From positions 46,259 through 110,258 of IMG/VR virus record IMGVR_UViG_3300032268_000986: a stretch of DNA of 64,000 nt, one strand, 5' to 3'. This DNA comes from a virus. The stretch's first letter is position 1, and every line of letters starts with the position of its first letter. The position numbers and the translations under genes are program-made. The notes beneath the pieces were generated by a model. That model did not search any database, was not told the DNA's origin, and worked only from the letters and a program-made list of their open reading frames with translations. Positions 38,687-47,732 of the stretch are shown here, one piece after another.

Positions 38687-39144
38687 GCGTACCAGATTTC
38701 ACTAAACCCTTCCTCGTGTGTGGGCATTTCAAAGTTCCATACCATGTCCCACAGCACAGCTTCGGGGATGACTTTGCCCGGCCGAGTCTTTAGTCTACGC
38801 TGATGTTCCTCTTCGTCTGGAGTCTGAAACACCACAGCAATGTGCTCATAGTCCGGCAACATGCGGAATTTACGCCTGCGGCTAGCAAAACTAGTTGACG
38901 TTTGATCCCAGATAATATCATGCCCGTGATTGCGAGCATGTACAACAACCTTGGACATTAGGTCCACTGCTGTGGGCATGTATTCTTCAAACACTTCTGA
39001 ATAAGTTTTGCCTTGAGCTCTAGCATAGTCTTCCACAAATGAATCTGTGCTGACCACAGTCAGTCCCAGAGCCCAGATTTGATTCTGGACCCAGGTACTC
39101 TTGCCCGATGCCGGAACTCCAATCAGTTGATAACATCTAGGCAT
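38683..39144 (-). CDS. P-loop kinase (polynucleotide kinase / zeta-toxin-like AAA domain)
   Basis: Walker A GVPASGKST. Confidence 0.6.
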   Translation of the reverse strand: MPRCYQLIGVPASGKSTWVQNQIWALGLTVVSTDSFVEDYARAQGKTYSEVFEEYMPTAVDLMSKVVVHARNHGHDIIWDQTSTSFASRRRKFRMLPDYEHIAVVFQTPDEEEHQRRLKTRPGKVIPEAVLWDMVWNFEMPTHEEGFSEIWYA

Positions 39145-39153
39145 ACACTCTCC

Positions 39154-39702
39154 TCAATAGTGAGATCGAATCTCACCCTTTAATGCATCTGCAATCAATC
39201 GGTCCATGTCACTGGCCACACATCCTGTGGCATCAAATGCCACATCTCTAGCACGATATTTTTCCAGGCCAGTTTTGTTGCCATGCACATGACCATAGAA
39301 GTGTACTGATCCACGATGCATTTGGTCCCATTCCCAGATGGGATAGTGAAACATTATCACCAACTGACCATTGTGAACATAACGCAGATACTGATGTGTT
39401 TCACGAAAACATTCCCGGAATTTTTGATCCTTGATCAGCTTGGCATCATGATTACCTTCAATCAAAATCTTGTCACCATTGAGTCGTTGCAGTATTGACA
39501 CTGCTCGTTCCGCGTTACAAAATGCAACATCACCAAGAATAAACGTTTGATCACCAGGATGCACAATCTGATTCCATTCTTGAATCAAACATTCATTCAT
39601 GTGATCTACATCTCGAAACCCAGCACGAGTCACAGGACAAAACTTCATGATGTTGGTGTGTCCAAAATGTAGATCACTTGTGATATAGGTCTTCATCATT
39701 TC
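39154..39702 (-). CDS. calcineurin-like metallophosphoesterase
   Basis: DLHFGH, GDVAF, GNHD motifs; ORF open to 39741. Confidence 0.75.
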   Translation of the reverse strand, partial: EMMKTYITSDLHFGHTNIMKFCPVTRAGFRDVDHMNECLIQEWNQIVHPGDQTFILGDVAFCNAERAVSILQRLNGDKILIEGNHDAKLIKDQKFRECFRETHQYLRYVHNGQLVIMFHYPIWEWDQMHRGSVHFYGHVHGNKTGLEKYRARDVAFDATGCVASDMDRLIADALKGEIRSHY

Positions 39703-39706
39703 CTTT

Positions 39707-40174
39707 TTAATAATTGTTTTTAAATGTGCGCCAATCATCAATGTTGGGCTTTTCTTGTTCGTCGTATGTCCAACCCAGGGCCTTCATCATGCTATGCTTG
39801 ACCATCAAGTTTGGACTACGAAAACGCTTGGTATCATCAAAGCCCATCATGACACCAACCTCGGTCACTGCACCCGACCGGCAAATACCTGCCATGCAAT
39901 GCACGACCACGTTCATGCGATTGTCTAGCGCATGTTTTAACAAACTAACAATCTCCTGAGCCTGTGCATCACTGATCTTGGCATCGTCGGGAAAGATGTC
40001 AGACTTTTCGGCATCAAGAAATTCAAACCGATGTGTTTCTTTGAAGTCATGGGCTGGAGTGGGCCACCAACTGGGTGCAGGATCCATGATCTGAATCAGC
40101 ATGCTATTCGCACCAGCATCGTGATGGAACTTCATGGGCACATCAGCGGCGGCTACGTTTTCAATCCAGGGCAT
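39707..40174 (-). CDS. protein tyrosine / dual-specificity phosphatase
   Basis: CX5R active site HCMAGICRSGA. Confidence 0.7.
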   Translation of the reverse strand: MPWIENVAAADVPMKFHHDAGANSMLIQIMDPAPSWWPTPAHDFKETHRFEFLDAEKSDIFPDDAKISDAQAQEIVSLLKHALDNRMNVVVHCMAGICRSGAVTEVGVMMGFDDTKRFRSPNLMVKHSMMKALGWTYDEQEKPNIDDWRTFKNNY

Positions 40175-40194
40175 AAAATTCTCCTCAATGTTGT

Positions 40195-40223
40195 ATTATA
40201 ACACAAAGGAGATTTTTGGTCAA
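40195..40223 (-). promoter_or_regulatory. sigma70-type promoter TTGACC-N17-TATAAT upstream of phosphatase gene
   Basis: rc TTGACCaaaaatctcctttgtgtTATAAT. Confidence 0.65.
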
Positions 40224-41008
40224 GTGTCTTTGTGATGATTAGAGTGTGTGACCAGCCATGCTCGTAACCCGTCAACTGAGTTGAGTTCACGATTCATCTG
40301 GTGCCAGTTCTCTAGTACTTTTGTTTGGCCAGTGGTGGCCCACTCGGCTACTCCAGCAAGACCAGTTTCGTTGCCCCGACGAATGCCATAGTTGAAGTGC
40401 AAACTCTCGCGAGCAAATCCCGGCGGCACCATTCGAGTCTTGTGCAGTTTACGATAACGATTGTCGTTGATGTAACCCCAGTTTCTACGGAACGGCACAG
40501 TGTAGTATTCATTGTCGTCAACTGCCACTGGCAGCGAGTTACCCTGCTCGTCAAACCCTTCATTCACAGTGCTGTTGATCTCTTCTTCCAGCACAAACTG
40601 TGTGCCCAATTCTGGCATGTCAACATCTGACAGATAAACCTGAACATTCATGGCCCACTCGGCAGCGTCAAAGTGCGGGTAAAAGTTAGCCCCGCTGAGA
40701 TCAAGATAACCGCGGCATGTGGCCAAACTCAACCGCTCACCAGTGAGTTCTTCCAGATAAGGGATCAAGGCAGATCCAAACAGTATAGCATCCAGCCAGT
40801 GGTTGTTTTCCATCACAAGACGGTTTGGATACCGGCTGCTCCACAGGCTTTCAGTTCTACGAAAATTGTTCTTGATTCTGGTCAACCACTCGTCGTTTAG
40901 GAAGTTTTCCAACTGCCACAGGGTGGGGCAAACTGATCGCTTGTTGTCCCAGTTGAACATGGTGTTCTCTGGATAAGTTAAATTTGGGGGATAAATGGGT
41001 TCTGACAT
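40220..41008 (-). CDS. hypothetical protein (possible 2OG-Fe(II) oxygenase-like, YPHFD)
   Basis: 262-aa ORF; HxD-like YPHFDAAE. Confidence 0.4.
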   Translation of the reverse strand: MSEPIYPPNLTYPENTMFNWDNKRSVCPTLWQLENFLNDEWLTRIKNNFRRTESLWSSRYPNRLVMENNHWLDAILFGSALIPYLEELTGERLSLATCRGYLDLSGANFYPHFDAAEWAMNVQVYLSDVDMPELGTQFVLEEEINSTVNEGFDEQGNSLPVAVDDNEYYTVPFRRNWGYINDNRYRKLHKTRMVPPGFARESLHFNYGIRRGNETGLAGVAEWATTGQTKVLENWHQMNRELNSVDGLRAWLVTHSNHHKDT

Positions 41009-41012
41009 GTGC

Positions 41013-41264
41013 TTATTTACGATAGGTGCGACGACGTGGTGCCGGCTCTACCACTTTGGTAAGGTACTCGTTGCCAACTTTGCCTTGCTCAATTTCCAAC
41101 AATGCAGTGAGAATGGGACCATGCTTGGAAGTGACTCGGGGCATGTCTCCACGAGACAGTTCTCGAATTCGATTGCTGGCAATCAGCACCAGATTGTATC
41201 GATTGCCCACCATGGCCACTGCGTCTTCACTGGTGAGACCAAGAGTTTGAATGTTAGAGTTCAT
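41013..41264 (-). CDS. rpoZ: RNA polymerase omega subunit (RpoZ) homolog
   Basis: MVGNRYNLVLIASNRIRELSRG...ILTALLEIEQGKV aligns with bacterial RpoZ GNRFDLVLVAARRARQ...ALREIEEG. Confidence 0.6.
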   Translation of the reverse strand: MNSNIQTLGLTSEDAVAMVGNRYNLVLIASNRIRELSRGDMPRVTSKHGPILTALLEIEQGKVGNEYLTKVVEPAPRRRTYRK

Positions 41265-41292
41265 GTATGTCCTTGTGAGTTACAAAGTATTT

Positions 41293-41321
41293 ATTATACA
41301 CAACTTGTTGATTAAACACAA
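41293..41321 (-). promoter_or_regulatory. weaker sigma70-like promoter TTGTGT-N17-TATAAT upstream of rpoZ-like gene
   Basis: rc TTGTGTttaatcaacaagttgtgTATAAT. Confidence 0.35.
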
Positions 41322-41350
41322 CCTCAGTTGCCCCGTTTATAAGTACTGTC

Positions 41351-41836
41351 ATGCCCATGCTACGTTTCTATATCGAATACCATTGGGGGCGACGTCGCCC
41401 AAATTTGGAATTTTACATGAACAACCAACAGCTATCCCCGCAACTGATCTGGTGTGATCGTGTGCTGCCTCATCAAGAAAACATCATACTTGAAACCACG
41501 TGCGAATTGGCAAAGCACAATCAATTGCAGGTGGTCATGCGGGACAAGACTGATCATGATCTAGTGTTTGAAGATTCTGGCATGATTGATCACTGGGCCA
41601 AGATACAGGAAGTTGAAATTGATGGCATTCTGGCACAGACGGCATTGTACTTTTGTTCCAACTTTCGTCATGCCATGAGCAGTGATTGGGTGGAACACAT
41701 GCGTCAACAAGGGCACACAATTGAACCAGTGTATGCCGGGGGAACTGACATTAGACTCAATGGCGCATGGACCATGAATTTTAGCACCCCGGTATGGGAG
41801 TGGTATGTTAACAACTATGAACAAACTAACAGCTGA
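41351..41836 (+). CDS. hypothetical protein (161 aa)
   Basis: ORF. Confidence 0.45.
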   Translation: MPMLRFYIEYHWGRRRPNLEFYMNNQQLSPQLIWCDRVLPHQENIILETTCELAKHNQLQVVMRDKTDHDLVFEDSGMIDHWAKIQEVEIDGILAQTALYFCSNFRHAMSSDWVEHMRQQGHTIEPVYAGGTDIRLNGAWTMNFSTPVWEWYVNNYEQTNS

Positions 41837-42539
41837 TTTTTTTGCCGCCGAGTTTCCTAGATATCAAGTGCCGGGCACTTATGAAAATGCCGTTGCAACT
41901 TTTTGGCAAAACACCAAGATACCCTTTGTCGAACTTGACCTTGACCTGGACATGGACTCCACATACCAATGGTGTGTCAACAACTCAGATAATTTTGATC
42001 TAGCATGGAACCAAAGAAAATGGAATCAACACAATCAACACCAGGGTTCTACATGGTTCAAACGACCACACAGTGAACACCGGTATGATTTAGAAATTCA
42101 AGGAAAACGTTTTGCCAGTAAAGTTGACTCGGCTACCAATCTCACTAGAATTGCCAGGCCCGATGGCGCAACTGATTTGCAAATTCAATTGAAAAAATTA
42201 GGAATTGAATATTCTTCTCTCAAACTGGCTAGATTGGATCCAGGTGGGTACCTTGAACCCCACAAGGACGCATTTCAAGACCCTGACTGTTTGTCTCATG
42301 TATGGATTCCCATACACAGCTCTGAGGCCGAGTTAAAAATTTATCCCTGGGGCAAACTGCCACATCGCGTGGGATGTGTATATTTGCTGAACAATCAATC
42401 TTTTATTCACAGCATTGTCAACACATCTACTCAACCAAGATTTGTTGCCACCATGCGCTTGATTGTAGACACTGTGCCTGAAAGTATTTGGAACTTGATA
42501 AAGCATCAAGTTCAACATCAATGGTTTGACCATGGTTAA
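41805..42539 (+). CDS. 2OG-Fe(II) oxygenase-like (aspartyl/asparaginyl hydroxylase-type cupin)
   Basis: GGYLEPHKD HxD motif, second His in HVWIPIH. Confidence 0.55.
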   Translation: MLTTMNKLTADFFAAEFPRYQVPGTYENAVATFWQNTKIPFVELDLDLDMDSTYQWCVNNSDNFDLAWNQRKWNQHNQHQGSTWFKRPHSEHRYDLEIQGKRFASKVDSATNLTRIARPDGATDLQIQLKKLGIEYSSLKLARLDPGGYLEPHKDAFQDPDCLSHVWIPIHSSEAELKIYPWGKLPHRVGCVYLLNNQSFIHSIVNTSTQPRFVATMRLIVDTVPESIWNLIKHQVQHQWFDHG

Positions 42540-43045
42540 CTGTTGAGAACCTTGGCCACTGAATTCATAACACTGGCGATACGTCCAATGTCACGAAGTT
42601 GTTCCACTGTGTATCCTTCTGAGTTCTTTAGTGTGTCATAGTGTGCCTTCACACAGAAATGACATTTGCCAACAATACTTGCTGCCAAACTAAATGCTTC
42701 AAAGTTGGCCTTGGTAGTTCCGCCATGTGACGCAATAGCGTTCATGCGCAACTGTGCTGGCAATCCTTTCAATGCAGGATCTTCAGCCATCTCAACATAG
42801 GGATACCAAACATTGTTCTGTGCCATAATTGAAGCGGCTGTCATTGCAGATTCTGAATGCACTGGAGCATCTGCCAACAGCACTGCAAGTACCCGGCCGT
42901 TGCCGGTTGCAGCCAACGCGGCCACAGCACAGCCCATGGCCACATCTGCATCCAGTGTGCTACGTAATAACACAGCATCAAGATTTAACTTGGTGTCCTT
43001 GGCATAGTCAGGCAGTGCGCCCTTGATTGATTCAATAAAACTCAT
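42536..43045 (-). CDS. AhpD-like / carboxymuconolactone decarboxylase family protein
   Basis: GKCHFCVKAH matches CMD/AhpD CxxC..H motif. Confidence 0.65.
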   Translation of the reverse strand: MSFIESIKGALPDYAKDTKLNLDAVLLRSTLDADVAMGCAVAALAATGNGRVLAVLLADAPVHSESAMTAASIMAQNNVWYPYVEMAEDPALKGLPAQLRMNAIASHGGTTKANFEAFSLAASIVGKCHFCVKAHYDTLKNSEGYTVEQLRDIGRIASVMNSVAKVLNS

Positions 43046-43452
43046 CGGGTCTGTTCTCCTAAAATTTTATACCCGCGACCAGTGGGGTGAACACCGTCGG
43101 CACTCATATGATTCTTTGGACGTGGAAGAATGGTGTCTCCGTATTCTTTGGCAATCTGAACAATTGCCTCATGTGGAATAGGTTTACGATCCTGCCCTGG
43201 ATCAATCCAAAAAACTCGAGCTGTGGTTCCGATCTTCTCACGAACACGTTGCAACTCTGCCTTTGTCCTAACGCCTTTGTGATCATTGGCACCTAGACTA
43301 ATGATGACCGTTTTTGCAGATAAATCATTTTTCAAATAGTCTTTATTCCATTGCCATGTGTTCCAGCCGCCTTTGGAATAACTTACACATTCTGGTCTAG
43401 CCTGATGTATGCCCACAGCAATGCTATCGCCTAGTATTAAACATTCTAACAT
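43042..43452 (-). CDS. SGNH/GDSL hydrolase
   Basis: MLECLILGDSIAVGI block I. Confidence 0.55.
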   Translation of the reverse strand: MLECLILGDSIAVGIHQARPECVSYSKGGWNTWQWNKDYLKNDLSAKTVIISLGANDHKGVRTKAELQRVREKIGTTARVFWIDPGQDRKPIPHEAIVQIAKEYGDTILPRPKNHMSADGVHPTGRGYKILGEQTR

Positions 43453-43453
43453 T

Positions 43454-43909
43454 TTATGCTACCTCATCTTTTTTATCACTGGGGAATTTTGCACTGGTGT
43501 ATCGGATAACCAGTACACTGATGGCAATAACAAATGTGGACCCGGACACCGCCAGCATTTCACTAATGTTAATAGGCTGATGACTCATGATGTCTACCAT
43601 GTGTCGGGTCAATGCCGTTATTGCTATGTAAAGTAGAAACCTAACAGGCATATGGTTGGTTTTAAAATAAATTCCAACCATGGCCCCTATTTCTAAATAG
43701 ATAAACATCAGCAATAGGTCGCCAACTGTGGCATGGTGTTTCTGGAACATTTCAAAAAATGTCCATCCTGCGGCCCATACTGTTGCGGCGCCTATGCCAA
43801 AAAGTGCCAATCGATGGAATATATCAACTAGTGTATTTCCAACTCGATCAACATTTTTTGTGTCTAACATTACAGTGTCTCGCCACCAACTGTGCGGTTG
43901 CATGCACAA
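43454..43909 (-). CDS. PsiE-like inner-membrane protein
   Basis: 151 aa, 4 predicted TM helices; size/topology like phosphate-starvation-inducible PsiE. Confidence 0.4.
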   Translation of the reverse strand: MCMQPHSWWRDTVMLDTKNVDRVGNTLVDIFHRLALFGIGAATVWAAGWTFFEMFQKHHATVGDLLLMFIYLEIGAMVGIYFKTNHMPVRFLLYIAITALTRHMVDIMSHQPINISEMLAVSGSTFVIAISVLVIRYTSAKFPSDKKDEVA

Positions 43910-44475
43910 AGTTCGCCAGTTTGCAATGCGTCAAGAACACGGAGTGTTTCTTCTGGGCTACGACCCACGTTCAAGTTGTTGACAGTGACGTGTTGGATAA
44001 CGTTGTCTGGGTCAACAATGAATGTGGCACGAAGTGCGGCACCTGCTGGAGCATAGAACACGCCCAGTTGTTCGATCAAACTTACGCCACCGCGCTCTTC
44101 ACCGGGTTGGTGACGAGCAGTGTCAGCAAACTGGTGATGTGTGATCTTACGCAAGTCATCGTGGCTCTTTTGCCATGCTACCTTGCAGAACTCGTTGTCT
44201 GTTGATCCTGTGAGCAACACTGCATCACGATCCGCAAAGTCCTGTGCCAGTTTGTCATAGGCCACAATTTCTGTGGGGCAAACAAATGTGAAGTCTTTGG
44301 GGTAGTATACAATTACTTTCCACTTGCCAGGGAAGCTGGTTGCAGTGATGTCATAAAATGCATCATCAGGTTGTCCAGGCTTGACGCCTGTGATTGTGAA
44401 CGGGGTCAATTTATCGCCAACTGTTTTCATAATTTCTCCTTGTGCTTGAAAACCAATAACTCTCAGTATAAACAC
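43870..44475 (-). CDS. peroxiredoxin (AhpC/TSA, 2-Cys type)
   Basis: FTFVCPTEI peroxidatic Cys motif. Confidence 0.85.
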   Translation of the reverse strand: MFILRVIGFQAQGEIMKTVGDKLTPFTITGVKPGQPDDAFYDITATSFPGKWKVIVYYPKDFTFVCPTEIVAYDKLAQDFADRDAVLLTGSTDNEFCKVAWQKSHDDLRKITHHQFADTARHQPGEERGGVSLIEQLGVFYAPAGAALRATFIVDPDNVIQHVTVNNLNVGRSPEETLRVLDALQTGELCACNRTVGGETL

Positions 44476-44557
44476 TGATACGCTATTATAATAGTATGTA
44501 TCAATGAAGTCAAGTGAAAAATAGAATTTTTGCTATTGTATTTTTCAATAGCAACCA

Positions 44558-44770
44558 TTAAACTTTTTTATAGGGAGGATCAGCAGTCCACACAGCAGGC
44601 GGTGTATTTAAAATTGGGTCAGGCACAAACGACGAGTGGGCGTTATCCAACAACGGATAACTGCCCACAAATTCTTTGACACAGGTATATGACAGCGGAT
44701 TTGATGCTGGGCGTGATCCAACCCGGCGCAACCGTGCCATCATTTCCTGATCACGTACTGAAAAGTCCAT
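44558..44770 (-). CDS. hypothetical protein (70 aa)
   Basis: ORF just downstream of tRNA-Arg. Confidence 0.3.
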   Translation of the reverse strand: MDFSVRDQEMMARLRRVGSRPASNPLSYTCVKEFVGSYPLLDNAHSSFVPDPILNTPPAVWTADPPYKKV

Positions 44771-44781
44771 GCTGTATTTAA

Positions 44782-44857
44782 TGGTCTCACTGCCAGGACT
44801 TGAACCTGGATCTACTGCTTAGGAGGCAGTGGTTCTATCCAGTTGAACTACAGCGAG
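44782..44857 (-). tRNA. tRNA-Arg(CCT)
   Basis: cloverleaf by hand; anticodon loop CTCCTAA; T-arm CCAGGTTCAAGTCCTGG; CCA encoded. Confidence 0.7.
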
Positions 44858-45484
44858 TCAGCGCCAAAACGTACACACTTGACCATTGTGCTCGGCACGG
44901 ATATTTGTGACATGGTCGTAGATCTTGTCAAAAATTGTAGAGTATGTTTTGGTTGTAAAATGTGGAGCCACTGATGTAAACACTATACCATGTGGGCTGT
45001 GTTGGGCAAGGGCCAACATGAGATGATTTTGCATGGCCTTGCCACCGGCATAGCCAGCTGCCCAGGTGCTGTAGTCTCTTTGGTGTTCCCATGACATACC
45101 CGAGGTCATGAATACAACACTGCTGCCTGGCTTCAAGTATTGCATTGCACACAGTGAGACGGCATGTGGTATTCCGGCATGTATTCTCACAGTGTCTTGC
45201 CAGGCATGTTCTTGATAATGCTGTGTGCCGTCAAAACATCCAGGTTGGTCAGGCCAGCTGGCGGCAGTGGTATTGTACAGCACCAGATCCAAGGGTATGG
45301 CAGCGGCCACGGACTGAAATTTATCAACCACATCTTGGGTATTGCCAAAATTGGCAGTTATGCTGTGGGGATGATCACAGTGTGATATAGTGTGAACTGT
45401 GTGCCCTTGATTTCTGGCACGGCTGCAAAAATCAGGACCAAATTTACCGGTTGGTCCACCTCCCCCAAAAACGCAAATGTTCAT
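44858..45484 (-). CDS. NAD(P)-binding Rossmann-fold protein (SDR/NmrA-like)
   Basis: MNICVFGGGGPTGKFG dinucleotide-binding motif. Confidence 0.55.
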   Translation of the reverse strand: MNICVFGGGGPTGKFGPDFCSRARNQGHTVHTISHCDHPHSITANFGNTQDVVDKFQSVAAAIPLDLVLYNTTAASWPDQPGCFDGTQHYQEHAWQDTVRIHAGIPHAVSLCAMQYLKPGSSVVFMTSGMSWEHQRDYSTWAAGYAGGKAMQNHLMLALAQHSPHGIVFTSVAPHFTTKTYSTIFDKIYDHVTNIRAEHNGQVCTFWR

Positions 45485-45655
45485 GACTGTTAGCTGGGAA
45501 TAAGTCTGGGAAGGTAAGGAACTGCACGTGGTCCGTAGCGGGATTGCAGTAAGAGACGAGCCTCTTGGGCTGTTTGAGCACCCACACGGTCTTTGAATTC
45601 TTTGCCATCGGGTGTGCGTATAGTGGCTTCAAAAAGTTTCATACCACTATTTATA

Positions 45656-45730
45656 TGGCCGGCCCTGCAGGAATCGAACCCACACCGCTTGGTTCGAAGC
45701 CAAGCATTCTATCCATTGAACTAAGGGCCG
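45656..45730 (-). tRNA. tRNA-Arg(TCG)
   Basis: anticodon loop CTTCGAA in CTTGG/CCAAG stem; CCA encoded. Confidence 0.6.
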
Positions 45731-45747
45731 TGTTTGATAAGTAATTT

Positions 45748-46449
45748 ATGCAAACAATTTTATATATTCTCATTGTAACACACATTACCATTGCATGTGT
45801 TACGCTATTTTTACATCGAAGTCAAGCACACCGAGGAGTTGAGTTTCATCCTGTGGTGAGTCATTTCATGCGATTCTGGCTATGGCTAACGACTGGCATG
45901 GTCACTCGCCAATGGGTTGCCGTACACCGCAAGCATCATAGATTTACCGAACAGGATGGTGATCCGCACAGTCCACATGTGCATGGTTTTTGGCGTGTGC
46001 TGTTCACAGGTGCAGGTCTGTACCACTTGGCCAGCAAGGACTCGGCCATGGTCACACAATACGGCGCAGGAACACCCGATGACTGGGTAGAGCGCAACAT
46101 ATACTCCAAACACAGCAAACTAGGTATCTTGCTCATGTTGCTGATAGACATGGTATTGTTTGGTTGGTGGGGGTTGGTGGTATGGGGCATACAAATGATA
46201 TGGATCCCATTCTGGGCAGCAGGAGTTATCAATGGAATTGGACACTGGACCGGATACCGTAATGGTATTACTAAAGATCATAGTCGTAATATTAGTCCAC
46301 TGGGCATTGTTATTGGTGGCGAAGAACTACACAACAATCACCACTTGGATCCAGCAAATCCTCGTCTCAGTCGTCGCTGGTTTGAATTTGATATAGGCTG
46401 GGCGTACATACGCCTGTTGAGTGTGCTGAGACTGGCACACACGAGATAA
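45748..46449 (+). CDS. membrane fatty-acid (Delta9-type acyl) desaturase
   Basis: His boxes HRKHHRFTEQDGDPHSP and HNNHHLDP matching stearoyl-CoA/DesC-type desaturase boxes. Confidence 0.75.
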   Translation: MQTILYILIVTHITIACVTLFLHRSQAHRGVEFHPVVSHFMRFWLWLTTGMVTRQWVAVHRKHHRFTEQDGDPHSPHVHGFWRVLFTGAGLYHLASKDSAMVTQYGAGTPDDWVERNIYSKHSKLGILLMLLIDMVLFGWWGLVVWGIQMIWIPFWAAGVINGIGHWTGYRNGITKDHSRNISPLGIVIGGEELHNNHHLDPANPRLSRRWFEFDIGWAYIRLLSVLRLAHTR

Positions 46450-46450
46450 C

Positions 46451-46526
<76 letters not shown>

Positions 46527-46570
46527 ATGAAAGAAAAACCCTTGCCATGACCTCATTGAGCATCACGCAA

Positions 46571-46644
46571 GGGCCATGTCTGGAGCGGGATAGGAGAATC
46601 GAACTCCTAACTAAACCTTGGCAAGGTTTCGTTTGACCATTAAA
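46571..46644 (-). tRNA. tRNA-Gly(GCC)
   Basis: loop TTGCCAA in AAACC/GGTTT stem; acceptor GCGGGAT. Confidence 0.7.
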
Positions 46645-46880
46645 CTAATCCCGCGATAACTTTATAATAAAAAGTGTCCGGCTACTCACACCACATGAGC
46701 CCCGGACTGAGCGGTTACTCTGTCCACTACATTTATTCTTTTGGAATGGCGTTAGTACCACACCCTAGGCAGTTTTCAGGATCTCCGAAAGGGAGACTGT
46801 AAGGTCAGGTCCTAGTGTACCCCCTGGTCTATCGTTACAGGGACGCTATTTCGTTAACGTAGAAATAGTAAGACGGGATA

Positions 46881-47447
46881 TTACACCAAGCCTTGACTGG
46901 TCAACACAGCCTGGGTACTGGCACTCACAGCAATCTCAGTGCGAACATTGAGCTCTAGGATTTCGTCCTGAGTTTTCTGTTTGGCTTTCTTGAGTTGGGC
47001 CACTTCCTTTCGAAAACCATCAAGGTCTTCTTGTGCAAACACCGAAGTGTCCACTGTGGATTCAAAGCCGTACACACGACTGGTTTCAGTGCGAGTACGC
47101 ATCTTTTCCAGCTTGCCAGCAACCACAGCCGCACTCTCACGAACCTTTTGACTCACAAGGTTGGTGTACAGCTGGATCAGTTTGTCCTGGTGCGCAACTT
47201 GCGCCAGCTTGGCGTCAATGCCGGCTGTGTGGTTGGCTGTGCTCACAGCCTGGCGAATTTCGTACAAGGCATTGTACAAGTACTTGCGAGTGTCCAGCTG
47301 ACTTAGAGTCTGCACACGAACACGAGCAATTTCTGCTTCGGCGTCCTGGAATTCATTCAGGCCAACCACTGGGTTAGACTCAAGACTCTTGATGGCATCA
47401 TTGATGGAGTTTTGCAAGGCATTGGCTTTACGCAGGGAAATATTCAT
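46881..47447 (-). CDS. hypothetical coiled-coil protein (188 aa)
   Basis: ORF. Confidence 0.45.
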   Translation of the reverse strand: MNISLRKANALQNSINDAIKSLESNPVVGLNEFQDAEAEIARVRVQTLSQLDTRKYLYNALYEIRQAVSTANHTAGIDAKLAQVAHQDKLIQLYTNLVSQKVRESAAVVAGKLEKMRTRTETSRVYGFESTVDTSVFAQEDLDGFRKEVAQLKKAKQKTQDEILELNVRTEIAVSASTQAVLTSQGLV

Positions 47448-47732
47448 GGTATTCTCTTTTCAAAGTAAAAATAACGATGTTGCAAAAGGTCAAGTAACAG
47501 ACTGGACAACATGCAAACATCAAGTCACAACATGCAAAGCACAGTGACCTGTATATGTCTGGCTAGCAAATCACAAATCCGATACAGTAATTCCAGAGCA
47601 CACAAGTACGATCCGGTTGTTACACCGGAGGCCATAATTGTTCATTTTAGCATGAAGCTAAAACGTTTTTGTCTGTCCTCATCTACCTTTTGCTTCACCG
47701 GTTGACACAGTGTGTCAACAAACACAATTATA

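Noticed and set aside
46575-46648. Initial call of this tRNA as Trp(CCA)
   Set aside because: Re-registering the anticodon stem (AAACC/GGTTT) to keep U33 gives loop TTGCCAA, i.e. Gly(GCC); true Trp(CCA) is at 51524-51597.
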